From: Spongospora subterranea f. sp. subterranea
Lineage: Eukaryota
Assembly: GCA_049724395.1 (NCBI GenBank)
Contig: JAUGWO010000042.1
Location: 248,001 to 312,000 of the forward strand
Direction: 5' to 3'
DNA length: 64,000 nt
The number at the start of each line of letters is the position of its first letter. The stretch's first letter is position 1. The notes below the pieces were generated by a model. That model saw only the letters and a list, made by a program, of their open reading frames with translations. It was not told the DNA's origin and did not search any database. Positions 24,201 through 37,326 of this stretch are shown here, piece by piece. The position numbers were made by a program, and so were the translations under genes.

Positions 24201-27200
24201 CGATGCTCTGCCTGTGCAGTTTTAGCTGAATTAAAGATTCCACCAGCAAACAGTAAGCTTGCACGTTATGCGGATCAGCTTCAATACTGCAGTATAAACA
24301 ACAGGTCAGCGCGCCGGACAGGAACATTTCAATTACAACAAACCATAGGGCAGCAAAAGTCTGGGTCTTCTCGTAGAGACCCAGGCGACAATACACTTCT
24401 TCTGCCATTGCTAGACATATTTTGAGATCGTCCGGCTTGCTCGAATAACATTTTTCGAAGCATGTTTGAGCCTGTGTCGTTCTGCTTAGAGCTAAATTGA
24501 TTTTGCCCAATTGATACAAAGCACCAAAATCGTCGTCATAAGTCTCAGTATAGACTGATAAATCCAAAGCGGCATCGTCAAGCCTCTTCAGTCTAACCCT
24601 CGCCCTACTTCGGAATATGAGTGCGATTCGATTCTGAGAATTGACTTGCAATACTTCTGTAAAACAACTTTCACAGTTGACGTAGTCGCCGGATTTATAT
24701 AACAGGACCCCATAAACTGCCTTTATTCCAGTTAACTTTCTCTCAGCAATGAAAGATCCGCGTTCAATATCTCTGGTGGAGTTTAATCTTTCAACTTTGG
24801 TGAGGCTGGCGTTTACGATCGTTGTTGCCCGCATTATGTCCTTAAGTGCCCCCTCATTCCCTTTGGGAGAATCTTTTCTTAGGAAAGCTCGAGCCACACG
24901 AACGTCCGCCAAATCGGCAATCGTTATCGCCAAAGATAGGTCTGAAATAGCCCAAGAGGCACTTGTACTCAGAAATAGGTTTGAGCGCCTTAAAAGGTCC
25001 CAACTCAACTTTTGCCGTTCAATCGTGATCTCGGATAGACTCTTCTTTTTTGGTACCTCTCCAGAAGAGGATTTCTTTTCCAAGGCCAGATGCACACGGC
25101 GGTTTAGCGGATCAACCCACTGTTTGTTCGACCGTAAAATTTGCTCCAAATAGAAAAGAGATGTAGCAAGCCAATGGCTCTCTTTATGGTTGCAGATAAG
25201 AGAGATTGCTCTGTCATAGAGCGATTGATCATCTGCTCCAGGTAATAGTTCCGCCATTTGTGGCGAATCAGAGCAACACAGTTGGGAAGACCGGTCTTTC
25301 ACGAAATCCGACTCGGCGAATTTGATCACCCGATCTGTAATAGTGGAGATAATATCAACGGAAGGTTCTCCTTTAAATGAAGAAGCAGAAAATAGCCCTA
25401 GGACAGTGGCGAGATCCTGCGCGCTGCCACATCGAAGCTCTAACTGTAACCTAATCAAAAGCTCCATTTTTGTTGGGGGTCCATCATTTCGCATGTTCGC
25501 AACCAGATCTATCATCTGGCGTGCTAAGAGCACGTGTCCAGTTTGTAAGAATGCATGACTTAATGATCCAACAATCAAACACAACTGGCTGAGTATCAAC
25601 GACCGGAACCACTTAATTCTAGAATACTTTGCGGATCCCATGAAACGAACAGCGCTAAATATGTACGCCCTCAACAGTCTCCACTGCCTGCTAGCAGATC
25701 CTGAATTTTCTCCACGGTCGCTCACGTGGCAGCAGAAGAGTTTTAACTCACGCAAAACAGTATTACTCATTTCCACCGCCGTTTTGGCTGCAAATTTGGC
25801 AAAAGGCTTTGCAGATGGATGCTTCACGGCTGTAATTTAAAGTCTTCAGTCAAGGTAGAACTACTTGATTTGAACAAGCACTGACCCATATTGGACTCCG
25901 ATAGTTGATAATCGCGCCATCGATTGATAATATCTATAATACCGTTTTCAAATAATGGAGTTATGCGTTGAAGAGCGGTGACGGTATCTCCATAGTGGAG
26001 CTCGAGGAACATGAGACTGGATACCGTGTTGAAATGACGACTATCAACAGACGTCGATTTGCCATATAACTCCTGCACTTCCATCACCGGGACAGTGCCC
26101 GCTTCTCGTAAGAGATCAGCCCTCAGGCACATCATATCCATCATGTAAACAGATCCGGTTTTGATCAGGGCCGTGCAGTACGCTGACACAGCCGGATTGA
26201 AGTCATACCCGGTCTGAGTGGCAAACTCGGGAACGCCGCCACGAACAGCAATCAATAACAATGGATCGATAAACACAATATTGTACAGATCAGCAATATC
26301 CGATTCCGCGTTTGTGTGAATGTATCGTTGAATGAACAGTGGATCCGTCTTATAAAGAGTATTGAAGTCGTTAGATGCACGGCCCCAGTATCGTAACGAC
26401 TTGTTGATGTTACCGCGATAGAACAGCAGATGAGGTAATGGACCAATCCTCATAATCATATTGTCTAATACACGAACACTGGCGTGAAGATGGGATGAGA
26501 TGAAATCGGTCGGTTGAAGGCGTTGATTACCGCAGATTGTGTTGAAAGAGGGCTGGAGCGAAGGGCAAGTGTGGATCGCATACCAACCAGCTGCGGAATA
26601 AGAATCGGAATTCATCAACTTCCCTAGAAGATGCAGTGTTCTGCAGAGCGGTATCGACTGCCCAGACAAGAGATGTGCGTTTGCGAGATGGAGCAACGGT
26701 AAGGGCTGAATGCTTCTTTCCCGTAATATCTGATCGAAGTCAAGGATCTCTTGCGTCCGATCTTCATTAAGCTCCTTTTGATTCCACAGAGGAATGCAAG
26801 CCAATTCAACCAGAATCGGTGTCGAAATAACACGTTCAGCATTGGAGTTATCAAGGCCGGCGAATTTCACGCGGATAGATTTGATTATGTTGAACCATTG
26901 TTCTTTGTTTCCCAATCGTCGCTCAATGCACGACGCTGTATACAGCAACATCTGTGGAGCTCTACTCCAGTTTTCGACATATCGACTAGTACATAAGAGT
27001 GTTCTGGCTCCGAAATCGTCCAGGTTGTCCACGAACCACATCGCCATACGATGAAGCGTAGTTGCCTCCAGCGATTTCATTGTCGTTTCAGATTGCTGTC
27101 GATCGTGTGTTAATCGCAGCAATTTTTGTGACAGTTGCAAATCCTGTCGATAGAGATCCATACTACCTATTTGCAAATAACACTGTGCCCGCTGCCAGTA

Positions 27201-27572
27201 AGCGACATGAATTTCGACCACAGATTCAGGAGATAACCTGTCTCTATCGTCGATCACATCGCTCAACAATTTGATTGCGGCAGAGCAATCGTTTGTTCGA
27301 ATCAAAGAAATTGCTAAAATCAATGTAATGTTTGGCGGAAATCTATAACGTTGTCGTAGCGACATCAATCTGCCAATAATGTCGTGGTATTCTTTCCATT
27401 GTAGGTGAAATCGTAGCCATTCGATTAGCTTATCCACATCATCGAGCGGTAGTAGCTTTTGAAAATCACTCAGCTTACGGGGACGAGAGTCGCTTGATTT
27501 GCGTTCAGCTGATGCCGGTTGTCGAGGATATATCGATGGAACAGAATTTCGCTGTCGACGGCGACTATCCAT
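21238..27572 (-). CDS. Large multi-exon tetratricopeptide-repeat (TPR) protein; 3' end approximate
   Basis: ORFs 25824..27572, 24034..25827, 23801..24037, 23081..23782, 22687..23052, 22285..22542, 21744..22217 and 21065..21847 are linked by GT-AG introns (for example ATGG|GTCAGT...TTACAG near 25885-25830). Many TPR-like motifs: ALIFRSRARVRLKRLDDAALDL, CLLIRGQAYNSMSKWNEAIDDF, VLYNIATLLTMMGSYRDALSHF. Confidence 0.8.
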
Positions 27573-27677
27573 TATTTGAGAGATATATTACTTCATCACA
27601 CGTAAAATAGGGGGATCATTAATGAGAATAATCACAGTGACGTACACGATCCGATACAATTCATCAGTTATTGTGAT

Positions 27678-27789
27678 CAGTTGGCGAATGAATATATATA
27701 TATGGTCGGATTATTGTCGTCATGAAGATATATATATGGTCGGGTTATTGTCGTCAGTTGACGAATGGAAAAATGTATGGTCGGGTCTC
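27678..27789. repeat. Three degenerate tandem copies of a ~35-45 nt unit (core TATGGTCGG[A/G]TTATTGTCGTCA) in the divergent TPR/ZW10 intergenic region
   Basis: TATATATGGTCGGATTATTGTCGTCA, TATATATGGTCGGGTTATTGTCGTCA and a partial ATGTATGGTCGGGT occur in series. Confidence 0.75.
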
Positions 27790-28169
27790 AATCGACTCAC
27801 AGTAGCGGTTGCTTCATTGGCAGCATAATTGGTTAACTTGACAAAATCACAAAAATCGTCAACGTAACGCCATATGTTATGGACAATAAAAATCTTTCTC
27901 TGGATTTTCGACATTAATATACATTCAATCTTCGATAGATTACAATATGAATCAATGTTTTACTGGATAAGCCTGATTAGGCACAGCCATAGGTGAAACG
28001 ACTACACCTCCTGTAGATATGCGAGGACGAGGTCTGCGTGAATATGACAACTGAATCCGCCTGAAATAGAGGCGCTGGTGCGAAGCGCATTGATTTCCAT
28101 GGGCCCCTGCAGTGCCCGTGGATAAAAGAGCGGGAGGGGTTGGGATAGAGAACATCTCTCCACCGGGAC

Positions 28170-30543
28170 ATGGAAATGATCGAATCGGACTTGAGATTGG
28201 CTGTTCCTGAATTATTCGATGACAAAGTTGATTTGTTGACAGATGGCCTTGCCATTGTCGATTCGGCTTTACGCCATTATATGGTACCTTGACGTCATCA
28301 TTCATCTGCATAATCGCCCTGGTTTATACTCTAACATTTTTTTCAAATTTTGTACTCGGTTAAGGAAACGTGCGAATTTTCAAATAAATTGTTCGTGTAT
28401 CAGGATGAGCTAAAACTGTCGATGGCATCAAACAAAGATATCGTAGAATGTGTTCAACGCGCAGCGAGCACGCTACTTCAGGATTTCGGCAAAACTAGCG
28501 CCATGGCGGATCAAGTGCGCTCATCATTCATGAATTTGGAGAAACAAACCCGCTACGATCTGAAACGTCTTGAAAATAACCTATTAGAGTTATCTTTCAT
28601 TGAGAGAGCTGAAGAAGCGGTTTTGCTTTACAATGCATGCTGTGAGCCGCAAAACAACGACGTGGACGTCGTGGTGGAAGCCCAACACCTTCACCAGCTT
28701 AGGGTCAATCTCAATCGCTTAGCTGAGTTGGTCACGGTTGGCGATAACTCTCAAACGGAAGCTGCCGAATCCGTGAGAGCTTATTCTGATTGTTTCATCC
28801 GTGATCGCCTCCTGTCACGAACTCTGTTTGATTGTATCAAGTTCAGCAAACAAACGATTACATTGACAAAGAAAAAACTACCTTTGATATCGCAGTTCAA
28901 TGACGCTATTGCTGTTCTTGATGTGGCTGATATTGATAAGGTAATTTGACCCTGTGTTATAATCAGGTGCTCCTCTGAATCCTGATGTGTAGGCAATTAT
29001 TCCATTGAGCGATCAGATGTACACCGAGTTCTTCAACCCAGTTGCCAATGGCACGTTCACCGAAATTCGCCGGACAGATTCAGATCGGGTCATTGTGATC
29101 AAGTTGCGAAGACCGACGACCACTTCGATGTCCCCTGACCTCGATGTCGTCCATCGTCAGTGTCATGTTTTATCCATTAACATCTCACTTGCTCATCTTC
29201 AATTCAGGATTGCGTGTCATATCATCCCTAATAGCGGTTCTGTACGATGACGTATGCCAAAGATGCCCACTAACAATGGCGCACATCGCCAGGCATTTAT
29301 GGCCTTTTCTGTCTCGAGACATCGTCGATCGAATCGTATCGCCTTCTTTACCAGTTCAATATCTTGATTTGGAACGATTCGCCAGCGCCCTAACTTCCGC
29401 CGTCGACGACTTTCATTACAGTTTACGTGCATGCCATTTTATTCATGAATTCGATTGTACTCCACTTGATGACTTTATTGAGCAAATTCAGGCAAAATTT
29501 TGTTCTAATCTGTCAATTCAGTTTTTATCGAAGGCGCGCAATGTGGTTATGGATGACAGCTTCCCGATGTGGTCGGTTGAATCTCATCTTTCAACGGACC
29601 AGATTCCAGAGCGCTCAGCTCGTTTCTGCAGCCGCGTCACCAGCGAATTCGTGAGCGACAACCCAGGGATAGGGTTCACAGCTAATGCTGTTGATTGCGC
29701 TTTGCTTATACATGCTCTATTAGACCAGCAAGGTTGCATTTCTGATGTCGTCATCTGTCATTTTGATCAGACTGCTCGCGACATTTTGTTCATGTTCATG
29801 TCGATCCGGCCACTTTATCACGAGCATGCTTTTAAATCTGCTCCTGTTCTTCCATTTCTATTTGGAAATGATTGCTTATTCTTAGCGCATCATGTCGCTG
29901 ACGATGCGTTGTTATGTATGTTAGGGAGACCTTCATCGACATGGTTAGCGATCTTGCTGATTATGGACGCCAAGTCATCTGTGCTCAGTACCAGTCGCTA
30001 AAGGAATCCGCCGAGAAAATGTTCACTCGACTAGATGGGTTCGCGAACATCTCTCAGAAAAAGGATTATGACGCCATCATCTTATGTCTTACGGCTCAGG
30101 TTCGCGAATGGAATACTTTGCGCTCAGTTTTGAGCTCGACGCTGCCCGAGGATTCGACGCAGCAAATTCTGCTTCATCTGCTGTCAACAGTTATGGAGCC
30201 CATGGTCCAATGCATACTCTGTCGGTCTGACATTCCCCTGGAATCCGCTAATCGAACGTTCGCCGCCCTTAGCATCCTAAGTGATTTTGTGAGCGAGTTT
30301 CACTTTCCTGAATCATCAGAGTTGTGTTCTCGGTTTGAGGCGGTTTGGAAAAGGTTCCAAGTATTACAGGGTATATTACATCCTGATCAATCATTGAACT
30401 GTCTCCTGATCGACTGCGATGCTGGTAAGTTGGATGTATTCACCCACAAGGAAATCCGGTCGTTAATTTCAGCTCTCTTTGAGCCATCTCGAAAAAGACA
30501 ATCGCTCATAGAATTGAGGGATCGCAGATCTCATTCGAAGTGA
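28170..30543 (+). CDS. ZW10: ZW10/Dsl1 family kinetochore and ER-tethering protein, multi-exon
   Basis: Probable exon 1 MEMIESDLRLAVPELFDDKV... (28170-28283). LFGNDCLFLAHH, TFIDMV and the C-terminal WKRFQVLQGIL...FTHKEIRSLISALFEPSRKR match the ZW10 C-terminal pattern. Unexplained frame change near 29915. Confidence 0.8.
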
Positions 30544-30844
30544 CGAAATCGATACGCTGCTGGTGAGAGAGTTACACCTTAAATTTTTATATCCTTACTC
30601 ATACCATAAACAACAATATTTATTCTACATTATTCGATGATAAAGCCAGGTCGTTTTTTGAGCGATCCGGCTGACACTGCTGCTACGCCTAATTCAAAGA
30701 AAATGAGGGCTGCCTCTGTTCGCTGCAAGATACTTTTTCTTGTTACTTTCGTAAGCAGACCTAAGGCCAAGAAGTTAGATGTCACTGCCTTCGTTGATAG
30801 AGTTGTACGTACTGGCGCCAATTAGGTGTCGATATGTCGTTGGA

Positions 30845-32283
30845 TCAAAATCGAAGTTTAATAGTATTTAAATTTGCAGACTCAACAGAGCAATACGGGC
30901 ACCTGAAAGCCGTTGATTGAGATCGGCGTTCTATTCGGTGAATCCTGTCTAATGCAGCTTGAGAAACAACATGCCCACATAGAAGCAGGATCGGGCGAAG
31001 GTCGACTGATTTAGACACAGGGCAGACAAAGCTGGAATGGTATTGAAATTGACGAGAGAGATCTATCGCAACCTAATGTAGATATAAATCAACTTGCTGG
31101 AAATTTTGTGAGAATGTTGTACCGGAGTGGACTTGTTCGCCATATTAAGTGAACCGCATTTTGAATGCATCGAATTAATTTTGCTCAGATGCGGCAAAGC
31201 GATTTGGCTCGCCGCCACGCTGAATTAAATTAGCGAAGTTCCAATACAAGGACAACGTTCTTACCAGACCAGTAAAGGACTTTCCTTGGATAAACCCATG
31301 TCTTTGCAAAAAGTCGAAATGAACAGGCGCTGCAGATGTTTCCACTCGGTGTCGCTATCGAACATATGACAAGGATTCGAAGATCGGACGAACATCAGCA
31401 TGCCCATCAGCTTGCCTATCTGCGACGCTGCGATTTGCCGTTTAGAAAGAATAGGCCGTAATGTCAACAAAATATCCAGCCTTACAGAACAATGAGAAAA
31501 GAGGAGGAAATTCACGTCTGGCATACACAATTGCTGCTTTGATTTGTTTTCGGCTGATAAACCGTAAATACTCCATTCGATGTAAGAAGAACTCCATCTC
31601 TTTAATGGCAGTGCGATCAGCCCGACTTTCGCACCAGCTGTTAGTTCAAATCAAATGTCGCGCTAAAAAGAGCAAGAGATTCGACAACCAACTTGATACA
31701 CGGCATTGTGTCTTTTTCTTTAAGAGAAGTGAGCAACGATTGCAAAACGATAAACCGATGATCGACGGAGACATTCATTTTGGTTTCCTCAATCAACAAA
31801 TTCGCTGATTCTATTTCACCAGATCTAAGCAAATGATGGACAATTATACGATCTAAGAGTGCTGAATCAAGCACCGGGTAGGGCAGAACTAGCGAATTTT
31901 TTGTAAATTCCTGAATTCAACGTTAGGAAGAGTTATAGTTATTAAGCGTTGAGGGATTCAAAGATCACCGTTTCAAAACTCTCACTGAACGAAGTGACTT
32001 CTGCGCTTTGATTTTTCAAAACCGTGGCCAACCTAACCATATAATGAACTGAACGAACCCATACATCGTGGTAATGTCTAATCACTCTTTTCGCAGGGAT
32101 TTCCAGGAGATTGGACGGGTCTCCCAAAGGTGATGGTTTATCCGAGTCGATGGCGTCAGCCATAGCTCGGAATGTCCCCGCGGCTTGACTCAGTTGTGGA
32201 ACCGAGTAAGCCAATAACGAACTTGTGGAATCGAGAAGCGTTTGGAGTTGCGAGAGGAACGGATTGATTTGGTCATAATCCAT
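30845..32283 (-). CDS. RMND5: RMND5/Gid2-like CTLH-complex E3 ligase subunit (LisH-CTLH-CRA-degenerate RING)
   Basis: LisH LDRIIVHHLLRSGEIESANLLIEE; CTLH MEFFLHRMEYL; CRA IGKLMGMLMF...GLSKESPL; last exon FQYHSSFVCPVSK...LLLCGHVVS...FRCPYC. Confidence 0.85.
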
Positions 32284-32770
32284 GATCCGGGCAGATGGAC
32301 TATATATCTCCGGGCATGTGCAGCAGAAGAGGCTTAACGGTTGGGTTGGTAGTCCCTGTCTGTCACCTGGGCATGTGTAACAGGCTAACAGCGGCCGTAA
32401 TGGTTGGTTATCAACTTCAGGTGGTATACCGTAACGGTAACGGTGACTCCACTGGCCAAACACCGTATCTAATTCGCTGATTCGTATTTCGAATAAAAAC
32501 ACAATGTCTGTACCTAATCGCACGTCTCTTTGATCTACTTACTCTGTTGTCGTGAGAACGCCGCTAAATTAACCAGAAATTGCATCATTTGTAAATATAT
32601 AATTAGGGAAAACCAATTACATCAAGCGATGTATAGTACTAATTAGAAAGATCGGACAACGCTCATCTTCAAATTCTCAAAATTGGATGTTAATTAAATA
32701 TGTATGATATGCGTTGAAATTTGTAAAAAGTCCTTCCAATCAATTAGCAGCTAGGGGATACAGAAAGCAC

Positions 32771-34369
32771 CTATTTTCCCTTTAATATCGCAGGAACCGT
32801 TATAGATATCATAGAAGGATCTTGCGCTTTAGGCGGCTCTTTGAACCAATCGTGATCTAGCGCATCCTTGGCTGATATTCGCCGGGATGGATCTAACGCT
32901 AGGAGTTTCGATAGAAGATCTAATCCTTTTTCCGAGAGATAAGAAGCACTTGTAACTGATCTTCGGGGAAAAAGTTCGGCAAGCCGTCCTGAAATAAAAA
33001 AATCAACGTAAAGATAACAAGTGCAGCATCGGGTCCTTAACCTTTAGCTGGTTTCCAAGTCCAGTTTTGGGCGTGGGGAAGTTTGGAATAGCCAGGCCAC
33101 GAAGATTCTGACGGCGAGCCAACGATGGAGAATATTCTGTGCAATTGATCCAGTTCACCCTGGGCCCCTTCAAATAAAGGTGTTTTGGTTAAGAACTCAG
33201 CAAAGATACACCCAACGCTCCACATATCCACTGCTGTACTATACAACGGCGACCCTAAACCACTATTAGTTTAAAACAGAAGAAGGAAGAAATCTGAGGG
33301 CAGGACTCACCTAATAATAATTCAGGCGATCTATACCACAATGTGACGACAAGAGGCGAATACGGCTTTAATGGATCGCCAAATCTTCTAGCAAGGCCAA
33401 GGTCACAGATTTTCAATACGCCATGGTTATCCAGTAAAAGATTTGTTGTTTTTAAATCTCGATGAATAACCCAATGAGAATGCAAATATGCGACACCGCG
33501 TAGAAGCTGTAATAGAAGACACTTGACTTCACTCTGGGAGAATGGCTCCTTTTTGGCCTTGATCAACGACTTGACCTAATCACAATGTTATTGATTGCCG
33601 ACAGAGCCTGCTTCCGCTACGGAAAATACAACCTCATGAGTCATATACTCCATCACCATGAATACTTGACCAGGACGTCTTCCAACGACTATTTCACGAA
33701 GTTCAACCAAGTTAGGATGCCGTAGCGACATTAATATGTTAATTTCGCGAAGAGATGTCACAGGAAACCCAGCTGCTTGGGAATCTATTTTGATTTTCTT
33801 CAACGCCACCACTGAAAATAAATTTCTTTACACTGAGGCAAAGAATATCAAAAATGTTGTACCTTCTTTGGTGGCTTTATCTATAGCTTCATGAACAACT
33901 CCATATGCTCCTTCACTGATCGTTCTCACCCGCTCAAATTCATCTACACTTCGACAGCCACAGCGCGACACGGAAGCGACGGTGGAGATATATGGTGGAA
34001 TTATATTTACAGTTTCACGGTTGGAGGAACTAATGGGTAGTATTGGACTACTGCTAAGTACTGGTTGTGCAGGAGTTGGAAATCGAACCTAAAGAACGGG
34101 AAGTTAAACAAGGTCTTAAACGAAACGTCCTGCCGTTTCCATGCCTGATCTTCTGATAATTCAATGTCGTGGTCGTCGGCAGTTTGGTCTTCTAAGCCCA
34201 CCCTTTCAGTCTCTTTCAACTGTTGCTGCTTTTGTAGTTCCAAGTTAATAGCATCCACTAGCCATTGCGGTTGGGTTAAGCGATTGGGTTTTTGAACAGT
34301 ATTGGGCGGAGACTCTGATTGAGTGAGATTTGTATCACAGTGATATCGCTTCCTTCCTCGTGATTCCAT
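32771..34369 (-). CDS. CDK11: CDK11/CDK10-like (PITSLRE-type) cyclin-dependent kinase, multi-exon
   Basis: [74 protein letters not shown]. Confidence 0.9.
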
Positions 34370-35412
34370 ACGTCACTTTTCAAGTCAAAGTAACGAAACA
34401 AGATGTAATGTTAAGCGCCTAAATTATTCTTGGTCATGAGGATCGTGTCTTGCCTGACTACAACTCACTCTTGACGCTTGGACTTGTTGGCCAAATGCGC
34501 ACTTGACAACCTCCGCAGAATCATAGTGGCGATTCATGATCCATGTTCTTGGTGTGCCTCAACGTACGGTCGCGGCCTAAGTCCCTTGTGTCAGAGAATT
34601 GCCAGAACTGAACGCAAACTGATTCGTTATGGTTCCAATCACGACCAATCGTTCTTGCAACCGTTAATTTAACAAGGTCAACTAAAGTTCATCAATCAGG
34701 AATATGGTGGTATGTTCGGTAGCAGCGAACAATTGCCGGCTCTTTTCGGTGCGAAACCATGGTAACTTTTGTCGTTTAATGAAAACTTAGCGGAGAGCTT
34801 TTTTGGCGCTCAATCAAGAAACAGTTCGGCAATATTCGTTCTTGAGAACTGTCTGCTCATCTAAGGTTGCGGAAGAATGCATTGCATAAATCGTCCATAT
34901 CTTACATCGACCCAATACACAACACGTAGATTCAAGTTTTGAGAAAGCAATGCCGAATTGGCCAGCGTCTAGGGATTATCACTCAATATCGGTGTGCTCT
35001 TGATGATCGGAGACACAAACTACGTAGTGACCCATAACCCGACCCGAATACCATTATAAGAAATTAGAAAATCTGCAAATTCCATTAATTATAGATCACA
35101 TGTAGCCCCAGGTTATATCATGAATCCATGATGTCATTAGGTTAGACCGCAGAAAGACGATCACTCAAATCAAGAAGGATCCGTCTCACAGAAATTCTCA
35201 TCATCGTCAATGCTGCTGAAGAGTTCTGTTTTCTCGTTTTCACCACAAACTCTAGTGTAAATTGTTACACAGTTGAAAATGACGTAAATTACCTCGAGAA
35301 AACAAAAAACATGAGCCGTAAACATGGGGCTGCGACGATAGCGAAGGCATGAATAATTGATCCTCCGACAGACATTAGCGTATCGGATTACCATTGAACT
35401 TGCCCGACAGTA

Positions 35413-35661
35413 ATGGAACCTGATTTCTATGGCAATGAAATAAATATTACCGACATTGTTGATGAAGGCGTTGAATACGTTCGTGTTGATAAGCGCACAT
35501 TCAAGACAGAGAAACAGGAAAGAACGAGTTGGTTTGGAAGATGGATTCGCTTTGCCAAGAAGCCGAAACCCTTCAAAAGGCGAGATTACCGTCAATTCAT
35601 CTTCATCACTGCTGCTTTCACTGGCGTCGCCGCGTTGATATTACTGTACCGTATATCCTAA
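35413..35661 (+). CDS. Small hypothetical protein (or last exon) with a C-terminal transmembrane helix, tail-anchored-like
   Basis: Basic stretch KKPKPFKRR followed by hydrophobic FIFITAAFTGVAALILLY and a 3-residue tail. Confidence 0.5.
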   Translation: MEPDFYGNEINITDIVDEGVEYVRVDKRTFKTEKQERTSWFGRWIRFAKKPKPFKRRDYRQFIFITAAFTGVAALILLYRIS

Positions 35662-36131
35662 GCTGGAAATGACAATCATCAACGCCAGCAAAGCTGCTCG
35701 AGATCATGCGTAATTCCATTTTCACCAAAAGTCAGCTGAATAAACTCTGAATGTAGTTTTGATTACGTTCAACATCGCCAATTCTCCCCCGCATTCAGAA
35801 AACGACATAAATGGTAGAATGTTCTGAAAGCCTATGGTTTTTGGTTTTTGCCCAACACTATTTACATCCCGCTTCCCCTTCGGCAGCAAAATGTCCCAAA
35901 TTGGCGTCATCCAATTTGTCGTTTCGTTCCCTCAATAAGATGACTGAGCAACAGAACGTGTTACTTGGTCTAGGAGGTTTTGGGACCTGTTTTGGGTTTG
36001 TTCTGTAGACCTGGAAAGTGGAAACAGTCACTGAAGGAACGGGTTGCGTCCCTCGTCACATGTCCGTCTACTCCATTATAAGTGAAAGCCCCTTCACGTC
36101 TCATTAAGTGTTTCTATCAATTAACAGCTTG

Positions 36132-37251
36132 ATGCCCTGGAATAAATCGGACGCCATCAGTCCTTTAGAAGCATGTTTGCGGCGATTCTTGGCAAGCTGT
36201 TCATCCGGAGAAGACGACGACAACTCAGCCGAAATGCTATTCCAACTTCGCCGCCATTTATTGCTGTATGAAATTGCGGAAGATGAAATCCTTCTACGCG
36301 GGCTCGTCTGGAAAACTCTTCTGGGAGTGTCCCAGGTTAACGCCGACAAATATTGCGATCTAATACGGAAAGGCCCATGCGACCAATACCAAAAGATACG
36401 AAGTGATTCGTTTCGAACGTTTCCTTGCGTAAAAATTTGTTGCTAAAATTGTCGGTGCCTGTTAATTACTTTGATCATGTTAGGACAAGTCGTTTCAGTC
36501 TTTAGAGTCAGCGAAAACTCTTTGATCAGGTTGCTTAATTCTTTCGTACACGAAAATGCCGATGAAGGCGTTTTCCGATATCTACAGGGCATGAACGCTG
36601 TCTCAGCACCTTTTTTGTTTTGTATGGGAGAACTCAATGCCCATGCTGCATTTTCTAGATTCATTACTGTTTACTGCCCAACCTATTGGGAACGGGGTAT
36701 GTCCGGCGCAAGGGCAGGCTGTATTCTGGTAGATCGATGCCTTGAAGCCATCGATCCTGACCTGTTTAATCACTTGAAATCATGCAAACTCGTCGCTATG
36801 GTTTACGCTTTCCCTTGTATGCGCTGTATCAGAATTTTCGAGCATCGTTTCCACTAACAGTCTATATAGTAGTGTCAAGTCTATCTTGCTGTCTTCAACC
36901 GTTTTCCGAGGTTCTAAAACTGTGGGATTTTCTGATCGCTTTTGGACTTCATTTCAACATAATGATTATCGTGGCGCAAGTTATTCTTGTTCGTAGCTCG
37001 CTTTTCGCTGTAGCAAAGTATGTCTGGAGTCAAAACAGTAATCAATTTCTTATTTCTTTGTCATTATCAGTCCAAACGAAATTCTCAATTACCGCAAATG
37101 GCCTCCTCTTAACGCTCGCTTAACCATAGCTTTTACGCTTGACTTAATTAACCGAATCAATAGCAAATTGTCTGAAGCCATTGAATCACACACGTACTCG
37201 AAAGATATGTGCGAAAGGATTACCAGTGAACTACAGAATGGTTCACCATAA
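36132..37251 (+). CDS. BUB2: Bub2/Cdc16-like TBC-domain GAP, multi-exon
   Basis: LRGLVWKTLLGV, KIRSDSFRTF, LIRLLNSF, YLQGMNAVSAPFLF, LVDRCLEAIDPDLFNHL, YAFP, EVLKLWDFLIAFGLHFNI. Confidence 0.9.
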
Positions 37252-37326
37252 ATTGCTGTATATTTAATTTTACTTCGTTCTTGAGGTGTAGTTTTCCTAT
37301 TGACAGATAATTTATTCATGTAAATT

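Noticed and set aside
25824..25830. 4-nt GTGA overlap of two long ORFs suggesting prokaryote-style translational coupling
   Set aside because: Explained by a GT-AG intron (~25885-25830) that joins both ORFs into one TPR gene.
27952..28311. 119-aa minus-strand ORF
   Set aside because: It overlaps the probable first exon of ZW10 on the plus strand and has no recognisable features.
31942..32523. N-terminal 80 aa of the 193-aa ORF
   Set aside because: It starts at a non-ATG codon; RMND5-like coding more plausibly starts at ATG 32283.
34430..34900. Possible small spliced gene between the CDK11-like gene and 35413
   Set aside because: Splice-like signals exist, but I could not build a consistent open exon chain.
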